The translations under genes and the position numbers were made by a program. The notes below the pieces were generated by a model. The model was given only the letters and a program-made list of their open reading frames with translations. It searched no databases and was not told where the DNA came from. From positions 384,001 through 448,000 of the forward strand of contig JAXDQS010000010.1 in the NCBI GenBank assembly GCA_034667725.1: a stretch of DNA of 64,000 nt. The letters run 5' to 3'. Positions within the stretch are counted from its first letter, which is position 1. Every line of letters begins with the position of its first letter. Source of the DNA: Thermoplasmata archaeon. Lineage in GTDB: Archaea > Thermoplasmatota > E2 > JACPAO01 > JAHFTW01. This document shows, piece after piece, positions 39,282-48,866 of this stretch.

Positions 39282-41813
39282 TTGGCGGGTGTGCCGTCCC
39301 GTTGGGCCCGCCGCCTGGCCCTGCCGGCCCTCGTGCTGGTGCTCGCGCTGGCGGTCTCGGCGCTGTTCGTGCGGGCCGCCGACGACGCCGAGCAGGCGCA
39401 GCACCAGCTCCAGGCGGCGCGGCAGGCCGACGAGGTCGAGGCGGCCATCGAGGCGCGCATGGGCGCCTACTTCCAGGTGCTGCGCGGCGCCCAGGCGTTC
39501 CATGCCGCTTCGGCGCCCTTGTCCCGCCACGAGTGGCGCACCTACGTCGACCGGCTCGACTTGCAGGAGACCCATCCCGGCATCGAGGGCGTGGGCTTCG
39601 TGGCATGGGTGTGGCCGCAGGACGTCCCGCGCTTCGAGGTCGCCGCCCGCTCCGATGGCGCCCTCGGCTTCGACATCCGGCCGGAGCCCATGCCCGGCGA
39701 AGTGGTCGCCCCCGTGCTGTACCTCGCCGTGCCGCGCGGCGGCCCCAGCGCCGCCGTCGGCATGGACCTGTTCGCGTCGCCCGCCCACCGGGCCGCGCTC
39801 GAGCGCGCCGCCATGACCGGCCAGGCCGCGCTGACCGAGCCCGTCGACCTGCTGTCCAACGGCACCGACGAGCCGGGCTACCTCATGGTGCTGCCCCTGT
39901 ACCGCGGCGGCGTCACCAACACCACCGACTGGCGCAACCAGACCGAGGGCTGGGTGGCCGCCGCGTTCCAGGGCCGCGACGTGGCCGCCGTGCTGGTGCG
40001 CGACGACCTCGGCGTCGGCTTCGCGGTCCACGACGGCGGCCTGCTGCTGCACGAGGCCCAAGGCGGCGAAGGCCGGCGCCCCATCGTCGAGGCGCGCGCG
40101 ATGGAGTTCGGCGGCCGCACCTGGAACCTCACGGTCCACAACGCCTTCGGGTCCCGGCTCGGCCCGCTCTCCACCACGGTCCTCACCGCCGGCATCCTCT
40201 CCAGCCTGCTGGTCGCCTCCATCACCTGGAGCCTGGCCTCGACCCGCGAGCGCGCCGAGCGCCGCGCCGCCGACATCACGCGCGACCTCTACGTCAAGGA
40301 GGCCCGCTTCCGCGCCCTGGCCGACACCGCCAACGACGCCATCATCAACGCCGACTCCGCCGGCCGCGTCGTGTACGTCAACGCCGCCATCGAGAAGACC
40401 CTGGGCTGGAAGCCGGACGAACTGCTGGGCCAAGAACTGACCGTCCTCATGCCGCCGGCGGCGCGTCCGCTGCACCGCGCCGGCCTTGCCCGCGTCGTGC
40501 AAGGCGGCCCGTCGCGCATCCTCGGCAAGACCATCGCGCTCACGGCGCTGCACCGCGACGGCCGCGAGGTCCCCGTCGAGCTGTCGCTCTCGACCTGGAC
40601 GGCGCCCGAGGGCCGCTACTTCTCCGGCATCCTGCGGGACATGACCGAGCGCCGCGCCCAGGAGCTGGCGTTGCACGACCGCGAGACCCGCCTCATGGAG
40701 GCGCAGGCCATCGCCAACCTCGGCTCGTGGCAGACCGACCTGGCCACCGGCCGGTCGCGCTGGTCCGACCAGCTGTGGCGCATCCACGGGCTGGAGCCGC
40801 AGCCGGAGATCTCGGTCGCGCAGGCGAGCCGCCTCATCCACCCCGACGACCTGCCCGCGGCCGAGGCGGAGACCCGCCGCGCCATCGCGGCCGGCACGCC
40901 GTTCCAGTACGAGGTGCGCATCCTCCGGCCCGACGGCACGACGCGCTGGATCGAGGTGCGCGGCGGCCTGCTGGTGGCCGACGGCCAGCCCGTCGGGTTG
41001 CGCGGCACCTCGCAGGACATCACCGAGCGCAAGGCCGCGGAGGCGGCGCGTCAGGTGGCCGAGGAGCGCCGCCTGGAAATCCAGCGGCTGGAGGAGGCCA
41101 ACCGGTTCCGGGCCCACTTCCTCAACGTCAGCGCCCACGAGCTTGCGACCCCGCTCACCCCGCTGCGGCTCCAGGTCCAGCTGCTGCAGATGGCCGAGCA
41201 GGAGCGGCCGCTGGTCGAGTTCCAGCGCAACGTCGCCATCGTGTCGCGCGGCGTCGAGCGGCTGGCGCGGCTCATCCGGGACATCCTCGACTCGGCGCGC
41301 ATCCAGGCCGGGCGCTTCAGCATCGCGCCAGCCCCCCTCGACCTCACGGCGGCGGCCCGCGAGGCGCTCGACTCGTTCCAGGACGCCGCCCACCTGGCCA
41401 ACATCCGGATGCGGCTGGACGCGGCGGGGCCGGTGGAGGTGGAGGGCGACGCGACCCGGCTGGCCCAGGTGCTCGACAACCTGCTCTCGAACGCCCTCAA
41501 GTTCACGCCCGACGGCGGCGCCATCACGGTGCAGGTGGAGGGCGGCGCGGACGAGGCGACGGTGCGCGTCACCGACAGCGGCATCGGCATGACGGCGCGC
41601 CAGCGGGGCCGCCTGTTCCAGCCGTTCACGCAGGTCCACGACCCCGAGCAGGCGCGCGAGCGCGGCACCGGCCTCGGCCTCTACATCTCGAAGGGCATCG
41701 TCGAGCGCCACGGCGGCCGCATGGCCGTGGACTCGCCGGGGCCTGGCCACGGCACCACGTTCTGGTTCACCCTCCTGCGCAAGCAGCCGCCGCGCCCGCC
41801 CGAGGACGACTGA
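39282..41813 (+). CDS. CHASE-PAS-PAS sensor histidine kinase
   Basis: TM-CHASE (HPGIEGVGF...AVGMDL)-TM, two PAS domains, AHELATPL, NLLSNALKFT, GTGLGL. Confidence 0.92.
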   Translation: MAGVPSRWARRLALPALVLVLALAVSALFVRAADDAEQAQHQLQAARQADEVEAAIEARMGAYFQVLRGAQAFHAASAPLSRHEWRTYVDRLDLQETHPGIEGVGFVAWVWPQDVPRFEVAARSDGALGFDIRPEPMPGEVVAPVLYLAVPRGGPSAAVGMDLFASPAHRAALERAAMTGQAALTEPVDLLSNGTDEPGYLMVLPLYRGGVTNTTDWRNQTEGWVAAAFQGRDVAAVLVRDDLGVGFAVHDGGLLLHEAQGGEGRRPIVEARAMEFGGRTWNLTVHNAFGSRLGPLSTTVLTAGILSSLLVASITWSLASTRERAERRAADITRDLYVKEARFRALADTANDAIINADSAGRVVYVNAAIEKTLGWKPDELLGQELTVLMPPAARPLHRAGLARVVQGGPSRILGKTIALTALHRDGREVPVELSLSTWTAPEGRYFSGILRDMTERRAQELALHDRETRLMEAQAIANLGSWQTDLATGRSRWSDQLWRIHGLEPQPEISVAQASRLIHPDDLPAAEAETRRAIAAGTPFQYEVRILRPDGTTRWIEVRGGLLVADGQPVGLRGTSQDITERKAAEAARQVAEERRLEIQRLEEANRFRAHFLNVSAHELATPLTPLRLQVQLLQMAEQERPLVEFQRNVAIVSRGVERLARLIRDILDSARIQAGRFSIAPAPLDLTAAAREALDSFQDAAHLANIRMRLDAAGPVEVEGDATRLAQVLDNLLSNALKFTPDGGAITVQVEGGADEATVRVTDSGIGMTARQRGRLFQPFTQVHDPEQARERGTGLGLYISKGIVERHGGRMAVDSPGPGHGTTFWFTLLRKQPPRPPEDD

Positions 41814-41819
41814 CGGCGG

Positions 41820-42026
41820 CTAGTCGTAGCGGGTATGGAAGTGGTGATGCCCCCAGCGCAGCAACCCGAAGCTGCCCAGCAGGCCCAGCAGGGTCGCGGC
41901 GCCCCACAGCCAGGCGACGGCGGGGTGGCCGTTGCCGAGCGCGAAGCCCAGCGCGCCCAGGAGCGCGGCACCCACGAACAGCGGCACGAACAGGCTCCAG
42001 CCCACGACGCGGCCTTTCTCCGGCAT
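41820..42026 (-). CDS. Small two-TM membrane protein
   Basis: Two hydrophobic helices, His-rich tail. Confidence 0.55.
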   Translation of the reverse strand: MPEKGRVVGWSLFVPLFVGAALLGALGFALGNGHPAVAWLWGAATLLGLLGSFGLLRWGHHHFHTRYD

Positions 42027-42091
42027 GGCTTCGGCTCGGCGTGCCGGGCTTGATGTCCTTGCGGACGGGGGCCCGCGGATTCCACGGCGGC

Positions 42092-42832
42092 CTAGTGCTT
42101 GTGCTCGCCGGGCCCGTGCCCATGGCCCTCATGCCCCTCGTCCTCGGCGGGGGCGTCGGGGATGACCGGGTAGACCTCGACCAGCTTGATGGCCTTCTTC
42201 TTCTCGGTGGCGAGGCGGACGTCGCCCACGATGCGGAACTTGGCCATCATCCAGTTCTGGTCGAACTTGACCTGGTCCGGCACCTCGATGGCGACCGCGT
42301 CGGCCTCGTGGTGGACCTTGTAGGAGCCGGCGGGGAACAGGTTCGCCAGCACGGCGTCCACCTTGGACTTCTCGTCCGACAGCACCTCGCGGATGGTGTA
42401 CTCGTACGTGAGGGGCTTGCCCGCCAGGTCGTGGTTCAGGTCCACGCGGACGCGGCCGCCGGCGACCCGGGTCACGATGCCGCGCTGCCCTTCGATGGTC
42501 AAGCCCATGCCGACCTGGGGCGTGACCTTCTGGGCGCGGAACTGCGCCATCGGGACGTCCTTGACCTTGGCGGCCTCGCGCTCGCCGTAGGCATCCGCGG
42601 CGGCCAGCTCGACCTTGACGGTCTTGCCCACCTGGCCGTGGCTGCGGATGTGCGACTCCAGGCCGGGGATGATCTGGCGGCCCCCCAGGGTGACGGTGAG
42701 CGGGGCGTAGCGGCGGCCGTCGCGGTGGATGCCGTTGGCGCGGGCGACCTCCTCCTGGGAGGTCTCGAGCATCTTGCCGTCGACGAAGAGGGTGTAGTCG
42801 AACTTGACCACGTCGCCGTCCTTGAGGGCCAT
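42092..42832 (-). CDS. slyD: Archaeal long-type FKBP peptidyl-prolyl isomerase (SlyD-like)
   Basis: GDVVKFDY, IIPGLE, DAYGER, RVRVDLNHDLAGK; His-rich tail. Confidence 0.9.
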   Translation of the reverse strand: MALKDGDVVKFDYTLFVDGKMLETSQEEVARANGIHRDGRRYAPLTVTLGGRQIIPGLESHIRSHGQVGKTVKVELAAADAYGEREAAKVKDVPMAQFRAQKVTPQVGMGLTIEGQRGIVTRVAGGRVRVDLNHDLAGKPLTYEYTIREVLSDEKSKVDAVLANLFPAGSYKVHHEADAVAIEVPDQVKFDQNWMMAKFRIVGDVRLATEKKKAIKLVEVYPVIPDAPAEDEGHEGHGHGPGEHKH

Positions 42833-42875
42833 GCCCGCGCGACCCAACGGTGCTATTTGAGTGCGAGGGCCGCGG

Positions 42876-43208
42876 TCAGCGCCAGGCGGGCGTGCCCTTG
42901 CGGATGCCCCAGAGGATCCACAACCCGACCACGACCATGGCCAGGCCGCCCAGGATGTTGACGGCCTCGACGATGGAGTGGAAGAACCGCGGCGCCAGGA
43001 ACAGCAGCGCGCTCACCAGCAGCAGCACGATGCCGAGGACGCGGGACTCCTGGCGGTTGTCGAGCAGCAGGACGATGCCGAGGGCGACGCCGGCGATGGC
43101 GCCGATGACGACCAGCAGGCCCAGGCTGAAGTTGCCGAACAGGAGGAGCAGGCCCACGACGACGAGGGCGATGGCGAGGAACTGGCGCTGCTGGGTGCGC
43201 GTGAGCAC
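42876..43208 (-). CDS. Small membrane protein (about four TM)
   Basis: Hydrophobic helices throughout. Confidence 0.65.
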   Translation of the reverse strand: MLTRTQQRQFLAIALVVVGLLLLFGNFSLGLLVVIGAIAGVALGIVLLLDNRQESRVLGIVLLLVSALLFLAPRFFHSIVEAVNILGGLAMVVVGLWILWGIRKGTPAWR

Positions 43209-43257
43209 GGCCCCGCCGAGCCCTAGGCCCTGTTTGGCCGTTTCGCCGGATGGCAGG

Positions 43258-43596
43258 TCAGCGCGCGCAGCTGTCCGGCCCCAGCCCGTGCTCGGTGTCG
43301 AACAGGCAGCGGCCGCCTTCCGCCTCGTACAGGCTGGTGCGGCCGGAACGCAGGCGGTACTCGACGAAGTTGTCGGGCTGGAGGGTGGCGCAGACCTCGG
43401 TGTCGACGGGCGCCGTGTGGGTGACGCCGAGCACCTTGGCGCGCACCGTGACGGTCGACTCGCCGAGCGGGTTGCACGACTTGTCGACCACGCTCGCCTG
43501 GACCTTCATGTCGATGGCGTAGGCGGTGGCGACCGCGACGATGGCGAGCACCACGAGCGCGACGGCGACCTTCAGGAGCAGCCGCGCGAGGGCCAC
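43258..43596 (-). CDS. Membrane-anchored protein with four Cys
   Basis: N-terminal TM, beta-rich domain. Confidence 0.6.
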   Translation of the reverse strand: MALARLLLKVAVALVVLAIVAVATAYAIDMKVQASVVDKSCNPLGESTVTVRAKVLGVTHTAPVDTEVCATLQPDNFVEYRLRSGRTSLYEAEGGRCLFDTEHGLGPDSCAR

Positions 43597-43597
43597 G

Positions 43598-43870
43598 CTA
43601 GGCCTCGCCGTGGTGGCGGCCCCAGCCCGCGAGCATGACCATGGTGCCGAACAGGGTGAAGCCGAGGCCTTCGAAGAAGAACAGCGCCCCGACGGTGATG
43701 GCGTCGCTGCCGGCGGGCGGGAAGCCGGTGGTGAGGGCGTGGGAGTGGCCGAGCCACCACAGCACCGAGCCGAAGACCAGGATCAGCAGGCCGAGGCCGA
43801 TGAAAATCTCCCCGAAGCGGCCGGTCTGGCCGAGGCCTTCCTGCAGTTCGTGGGCGGTGGGCGTCGTCAT
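43598..43870 (-). CDS. Small two-TM membrane protein
   Basis: Two hydrophobic helices. Confidence 0.6.
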   Translation of the reverse strand: MTTPTAHELQEGLGQTGRFGEIFIGLGLLILVFGSVLWWLGHSHALTTGFPPAGSDAITVGALFFFEGLGFTLFGTMVMLAGWGRHHGEA

Positions 43871-43956
43871 GCCCTTGCCATCGGATGGCGCGATTCAAGG
43901 CTGCCGATGGGCTGCCCGCGCCCAAACGTCATTGGCGGCGACCGGCTGCCGTCGGC

Positions 43957-46026
43957 GTGGCCAACCGCCTGGCGTCCGAGCCAAGCCCTTACCTGCGGCA
44001 GCACGCGGACAACCCGGTCGAGTGGTGGCCGTGGGGCGAGGCGGCGTTCGCGGAGGCGCGGCGGCGCGACGTGCCGGTGTTCCTCTCGATCGGCTACGCG
44101 ACCTGCCACTGGTGCCACGTCATGGCGCACGAGTCGTTCGAGGACGCCGAGGTGGCGCGCCGCATGAACGAGGCGTTCGTCTGCGTCAAGGTGGACCGCG
44201 AGGAGCGTCCCGACCTGGACGACGCGTACATGGCGGCGTGCCAGCTGATGACGGGGGCCGGCGGCTGGCCGCTCACGGTGCTGCTGACGCACGGCAAGAA
44301 GCCGTTCTTCGCCGGCACCTACTTCCCGAAGGAGACACGGCACGGCCGCATCGGCATGATGGACCTGCCCGGCCGCGTGGCCGAGGCGTGGCGGGCGCAA
44401 CGCAAGGAGCTGGAGGCGCAGGCGGACCACCTCATGCTGCACGTGACGGGCGAGCCGCACGGCCATGACGACGAGCCCGCGACGCAGAAGCCGGCGGCCT
44501 TGGACCTCGGCGTGCTGCGGCGCGGCGGCGACGCATTGGCGGCCCGCTTTGACCCCGAGCACGGCGGCTTTGGCGGGTCGCCCAAGTTCCCGTCCCCGCA
44601 CATCCTGCTGTTCCTGCTGCGGCTGGCCGACCGCGGCGACGCCGAAGCCGAAGCGATGGTGGTGGCGACCTTGGAGAAGATGGCCGCGGGCGGCGTCCGC
44701 GACCACCTCGGCGGCGGCTTCCACCGCTACAGCACCGACCCCGAGTGGCGCCTGCCGCACTTCGAGAAGATGCTGTACGACCAGGCGATGCTCGCGATGG
44801 CGTACGTCGAGGCCCACCAGCGCACCGGCCGCGCCGGCTTCGCCGAGGTGGCCCGCTCGACCCTGGACTACGTGCTGCGCGACCTGCACGACCCCGCCGG
44901 CGGCTTCCGCTGCGCCGAGGACGCCGACTCCGAGGGCGAGGAGGGCACGTTCTACCTGTGGCGGCGCGACGAGATCCTGGCGGCGCTCGGCCCGCGCGAC
45001 GGCGCCGCGTTCTGCCAAGCCTACGGCGTCACCGCCGAGGGCAACTTCCTCGACGAGGCCACCAAGCGCCGCACCGGCGCCAACGTGCTGCACCGCGTCG
45101 GCGACGTCGCCGGCCTGGAGGCGGCGCACGCCCGGCTTGCCGCCGTGCGCGCCAAGCGCGAGCGCCCCCTGCTGGACGACAAAGTGCTCACCGACTGGAA
45201 CGGCCTCGCCCTGGCCGCGTTCGCCAAGGCCGCCGTGGCGCTCGCGGAGCCGCGCTACGCCGAGGCCGCCACGCGCGCCGCCGCGTTCCTGCGCGACAAG
45301 ATGCGCCAGCCCGACGGGCGGCTCCGGCACCGCCACCACCACGGCCAGGCCGACGAGGTCGCGTTCCTCGACGACCACGCCTTCCTGCTGTGGGGCTTGG
45401 TCGAGCTCTACGGCGCCACCTTCGACGCCGCGCACCTGGCCTGGGCCGTCGAGGTCGCGGGCCAACTGGAGGCGCGCTTCCTGCACCCCAGCGGCGCGTT
45501 CCAGCAGGCCCCGAAGGACGCCGACGAGCTGGGGGCGGCCCGCCGCGAGGCCTACGACGGCGCCCTGCCGAGCGGCAACTCCGCCGCCGCCTACGCGCTC
45601 CACAAGCTCGGCCTGCTCACGGGCGAGCCCCGCTGGACGCGCCTGGCCAACGGCGTGGCCGATGCGTTCGCCGCTGGCCTGGCCGCGTCGCCGCCCGCCT
45701 ACGCCATGATGCTGTGCGCGCTCGACCTCGCCCTCGGCCCGACGCGCGAAGCCGTCGTGGCCGGGACCGGGCCGGACGCGGACGCGATGGTGCGCCTGCT
45801 GCAGGCCGGCCACGCGCCGCGGACGGTGGTGCTGCGCGCGACGCCCGCACTTGCCAAGGCCGCGCCCTGGACGAAGGAGCACCTGGCGCGCGGCGGGGCG
45901 GCGACCGCCTACGTCTGCGAAGGCCACGCCTGCAAGGCGCCGGCGACGGACCTCAGGCAGCTGCGGGAAGCCCTTGCGGGTCCGGCAGCGCGCCCCACTC
46001 CACCATCTCGGCCGCAAGCCGGCTGA
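43957..46026 (+). CDS. YyaL/SPATA20-like thioredoxin-domain protein (DUF255)
   Basis: [54 protein letters not shown]. Confidence 0.95.
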   Translation: MANRLASEPSPYLRQHADNPVEWWPWGEAAFAEARRRDVPVFLSIGYATCHWCHVMAHESFEDAEVARRMNEAFVCVKVDREERPDLDDAYMAACQLMTGAGGWPLTVLLTHGKKPFFAGTYFPKETRHGRIGMMDLPGRVAEAWRAQRKELEAQADHLMLHVTGEPHGHDDEPATQKPAALDLGVLRRGGDALAARFDPEHGGFGGSPKFPSPHILLFLLRLADRGDAEAEAMVVATLEKMAAGGVRDHLGGGFHRYSTDPEWRLPHFEKMLYDQAMLAMAYVEAHQRTGRAGFAEVARSTLDYVLRDLHDPAGGFRCAEDADSEGEEGTFYLWRRDEILAALGPRDGAAFCQAYGVTAEGNFLDEATKRRTGANVLHRVGDVAGLEAAHARLAAVRAKRERPLLDDKVLTDWNGLALAAFAKAAVALAEPRYAEAATRAAAFLRDKMRQPDGRLRHRHHHGQADEVAFLDDHAFLLWGLVELYGATFDAAHLAWAVEVAGQLEARFLHPSGAFQQAPKDADELGAARREAYDGALPSGNSAAAYALHKLGLLTGEPRWTRLANGVADAFAAGLAASPPAYAMMLCALDLALGPTREAVVAGTGPDADAMVRLLQAGHAPRTVVLRATPALAKAAPWTKEHLARGGAATAYVCEGHACKAPATDLRQLREALAGPAARPTPPSRPQAG

Positions 46027-46381
46027 CCCGGCGCTGGATGTCGTCGCGCAGGAAGCGCACGGTCTCGTACTCCAGGTTGGCGGGGTCATCGAGCGGCCAA
46101 TGCTCGGTGACCGGCAGGTCGGGGTCGGTGGCGGCGACCCCCGGCCCCATGCTGATCACGCGCTCGTAGCGCGGCAGGTCGCCGAACTCGACGTGGCGCG
46201 GCCGCAGCCCGCTGATGTCGATGCCGCGCTCCTGCATCGCAAGGACGGCGCTGGGCGCCACCGCCCGGGCCGGCATGGTCCCGGCGGAGTCCGCGTCGAG
46301 GCCGAGCGCCCGCGCGAAGCCGACGGCGATCTGGCCGCGGCACGAGTTGCCCACGTCCACGAAGAGCACGCGATGGGGCAT
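45953..46381 (-). CDS. ArsC/LMW-PTP-fold protein with nucleophile Cys replaced by Asp
   Basis: [33 protein letters not shown]. Confidence 0.8.
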   Translation of the reverse strand: MPHRVLFVDVGNSCRGQIAVGFARALGLDADSAGTMPARAVAPSAVLAMQERGIDISGLRPRHVEFGDLPRYERVISMGPGVAATDPDLPVTEHWPLDDPANLEYETVRFLRDDIQRRVSRLAAEMVEWGALPDPQGLPAAA

Positions 46382-46536
46382 GACCCGCGTTTGCACCGGG
46401 ACCGTCTTGATGCTTTCGGCCAGAGGGCGCGAAGGTCGCGGCGCGGCGGCCGGTTCCGTGGCCCCGTTGTCCCTTTGTGTGCATCGGTTCACCCTTGGCT
46501 ACCGGTCCTTCAAGTCGCGCGGGGCGTGGCCGCGGC

Positions 46537-47145
46537 ATGGACCTGCGGCCGGAGGCCTCCGAGGCGGCCGGGACGTTCTTCCTGATGCTGGCAGGCGGCG
46601 CAGCCATCCTCCAGGGCCTTGGGGCGGACGCCGTCGCGTTGGCCTTCGGCGGCGTCGTCCTGGTCCTCGTCTACGCCTTGGGCCCCGTCGGCGGCGCCCA
46701 CTTCAACCCGGCCGTCACGCTCGGGTTCGCGGCCACCCAACGCTTCCCCTGGCGCCGCGTGCCCGCCTACCTGGCCGCCCAAGGCCTCGGCGCCCTCGCC
46801 GCCTGCCTCTTGCTCTTGCCGCTCGCGCCCAGCCTGGCGCCGATCGTCGTCCCCACGCCAAGCCTTGCGCCGGCCCTGCTGGCCGAGGCCGCGGGCACCT
46901 TCCTCTTGGCGCTCGTCATCGCGGCGGTCGCCAAGCGGAGCGACGCCGGCCTGGCCATCGGCGGCGCCGTCGCCGTCGCGGCCCTCGCCTTCGGCCCCTT
47001 CGGCGCCGGCGTCAACCCGGCCCGCGCCCTCGCGCCCGCCCTCGTGGCGGGGGCGTGGGGCGGCCTGTGGCCTCATCTGGTGGCGCCGGCCTTCGGCGGC
47101 GTGGCCGGCATGGCGACCTGGACCCTGCTGGAGGCATGGCGATGA
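46537..47145 (+). CDS. MIP/aquaporin family channel (probable arsenite channel by context)
   Basis: GAHFNPAVT and GVNPARAL; coupled to arsC. Confidence 0.88.
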   Translation: MDLRPEASEAAGTFFLMLAGGAAILQGLGADAVALAFGGVVLVLVYALGPVGGAHFNPAVTLGFAATQRFPWRRVPAYLAAQGLGALAACLLLLPLAPSLAPIVVPTPSLAPALLAEAAGTFLLALVIAAVAKRSDAGLAIGGAVAVAALAFGPFGAGVNPARALAPALVAGAWGGLWPHLVAPAFGGVAGMATWTLLEAWR

Positions 47146-47558
47146 CGTTCCGCGTCCTGTTCGCTTGCGTCGGCAACTCCGCCCGCAGCCAGATGGCGCA
47201 AGGCTTCGCGCGCCACCTCGGCGGCGCCCAGGTCGAGGCCCGCAGCGGCGGCAGCGTCCCGTTGGGGCATGTCCTGCCGGAGGCGGTCGCGGTGATGCGG
47301 GAGCGCGGCATCGACATCTCCCAGCACGCGAGCCAGGGGTTCGACGAGGCCTGGGTGCGCGAGGCGTGCGACCTGGTGGTGACGATGGGCTGCGGCGACG
47401 ACGCCTGCCCCGCCTTCGCGGGGAAGCCGATGGAGGAGTGGGCGCTGCCCGACCCGAAGGGCCAGCCCATCGCGGCGTTCCGGGCGGTGCGCGACGACAT
47501 CGAGCGGCGGGTGCGGGAGTTGTTGGAGAAGAGGAAGAGGCCCAGCGCAGGGAACTAG
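47142..47558 (+). CDS. arsC: Arsenate reductase, LMW-PTP type
   Basis: CVGNSARSQMA (CX5R), TMGCGDDACP, WALPDP. Confidence 0.9.
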   Translation: MTFRVLFACVGNSARSQMAQGFARHLGGAQVEARSGGSVPLGHVLPEAVAVMRERGIDISQHASQGFDEAWVREACDLVVTMGCGDDACPAFAGKPMEEWALPDPKGQPIAAFRAVRDDIERRVRELLEKRKRPSAGN

Positions 47559-47652
47559 CAGCAGAAGTCGCCGCAGGGGCACTCAGGACCCATCAAGACA
47601 CCTCCAAGATGGGTTCAACGGTTGAAGCGCTTAAGGTGCAAAGTTTGTATCC

Positions 47653-48012
47653 ATGCCCTTGCTTCACCGGAGTGAAGTGGCCCGGCTCCCCGTCCGCAAC
47701 GACTGCATCTGCACCGTCGGCGGCCTCATCGACCTCGTCGGCAAGAAGTGGACGATGTGCATCATCGTGACCCTGGGCAACCGCCCCGCCATCCGCTTCA
47801 ACGAGCTGCGCGACACCTTGGTCGGCATCAGCCCGCGCACGCTGTCCGAGACCCTCAAGGCGCTGGAGTCGGAAGGCCTGGTGCGGCGCGAGGCGTTCGC
47901 CGCCATCCCGCCCCGCGTCGAGTACCGGCTCACCGACGAAGGCGCCAGGCTGCGCGAGGCGGTGCGGCCGCTGATGGAGTATGCGGCAGGAAGGCCTGGG
48001 GCAGTCTGCTGA
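47653..48012 (+). CDS. HxlR-family winged-helix regulator
   Basis: C...LVGKKW, RFNEL, ISPRTLS, PPRVEYRLT. Confidence 0.9.
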   Translation: MPLLHRSEVARLPVRNDCICTVGGLIDLVGKKWTMCIIVTLGNRPAIRFNELRDTLVGISPRTLSETLKALESEGLVRREAFAAIPPRVEYRLTDEGARLREAVRPLMEYAAGRPGAVC

Positions 48013-48177
48013 ACGGGCGTGGAGGGTCGCGCGTCGGCGCGCGCCGAACGCGAAGCGGAGGCGATGGGTGGGTGGCTCGCGGAGCGAAAGCCACCCGCCA
48101 AGGGGTCCTAGGGGCGAAGCCCCTAGATGGGGTGCGCGGCTGGAAGGCCGGGGGCCGTCTGCTGAACGGTCTGCTGA
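48013..48177 (+). repeat. Hairpin element followed by a recoded duplicate (48136-48165) of the HxlR gene 3' end
   Basis: Core CCGAACGCGAAGCGGAGG shared with the 11 kb element; CTAGGGGC-GAA-GCCCCTAG hairpin; AAGRPGAVC-stop repeated. Confidence 0.85.
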
Positions 48178-48180
48178 CGA

Positions 48181-48723
48181 TCAGGCGTTCAGGACCACGA
48201 GCTCGGGCTTCTCCACCCGCAGCTCCTTCGCGAGCTTGCGAATCCGCTTCTCGCAGTCGTCGCGCATCTGGCGGTAGGCCTCAAGCGGCAGGCCCTGCGG
48301 GTCCAGGAGGTTCCACTCCAGGACGTTCTGCTGGCTGCGCCACGGCTTCGGCAGCGAGTCGCCCATGGTGATGACGCGGTCGAACGCCTCCAGCCGGGTG
48401 ACGTCGAGCGGCTTCGGGCGGAAGTGCGCGATGTCGATGCCCTGGTCGGCCATGACGGCGACGGCCTCGGGGGCCACCCGGGTCCCGGGGAAGGTGCCGG
48501 CCGACTCGGCGTGGAAGCCGTAGATGGTGGCGTAGGCCTGCGCGACCTGGCTGCGGGCGGCGTTGCCGACGTCCACGAACAGCAGGCGGTACTGGCGGTG
48601 CTTCTCGCGCTGGACGTTGCCGGGCGCCGCGTCGCGGCCACGGAACGGGGCAAGCAGGGCGTCGAACGCGCCCCCGAAAAGGCCCCGGCGGGCAGGCTGG
48701 GCGGCGGGCTGGGCGTCGGTCAT
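48181..48723 (-). CDS. Second ArsC/LMW-PTP-fold protein with Cys->Asp
   Basis: LLFVDVGNAARSQ, ESAGT, VITMG, WNLLDP. Confidence 0.8.
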   Translation of the reverse strand: MTDAQPAAQPARRGLFGGAFDALLAPFRGRDAAPGNVQREKHRQYRLLFVDVGNAARSQVAQAYATIYGFHAESAGTFPGTRVAPEAVAVMADQGIDIAHFRPKPLDVTRLEAFDRVITMGDSLPKPWRSQQNVLEWNLLDPQGLPLEAYRQMRDDCEKRIRKLAKELRVEKPELVVLNA

Positions 48724-48866
48724 GGCGCTCGTCCAGCCAGCCCCCGCAGGCAAAAACGTATCGGAGGTGGCCTGCCGCCGCGTTCACGCCCGATTTCTTC
48801 CACCGCTGCTCGGCAGGTCAGTCTCCGTGCCCACCATTTCTTACGTCAAACCCGCTTTTTTCCCCC

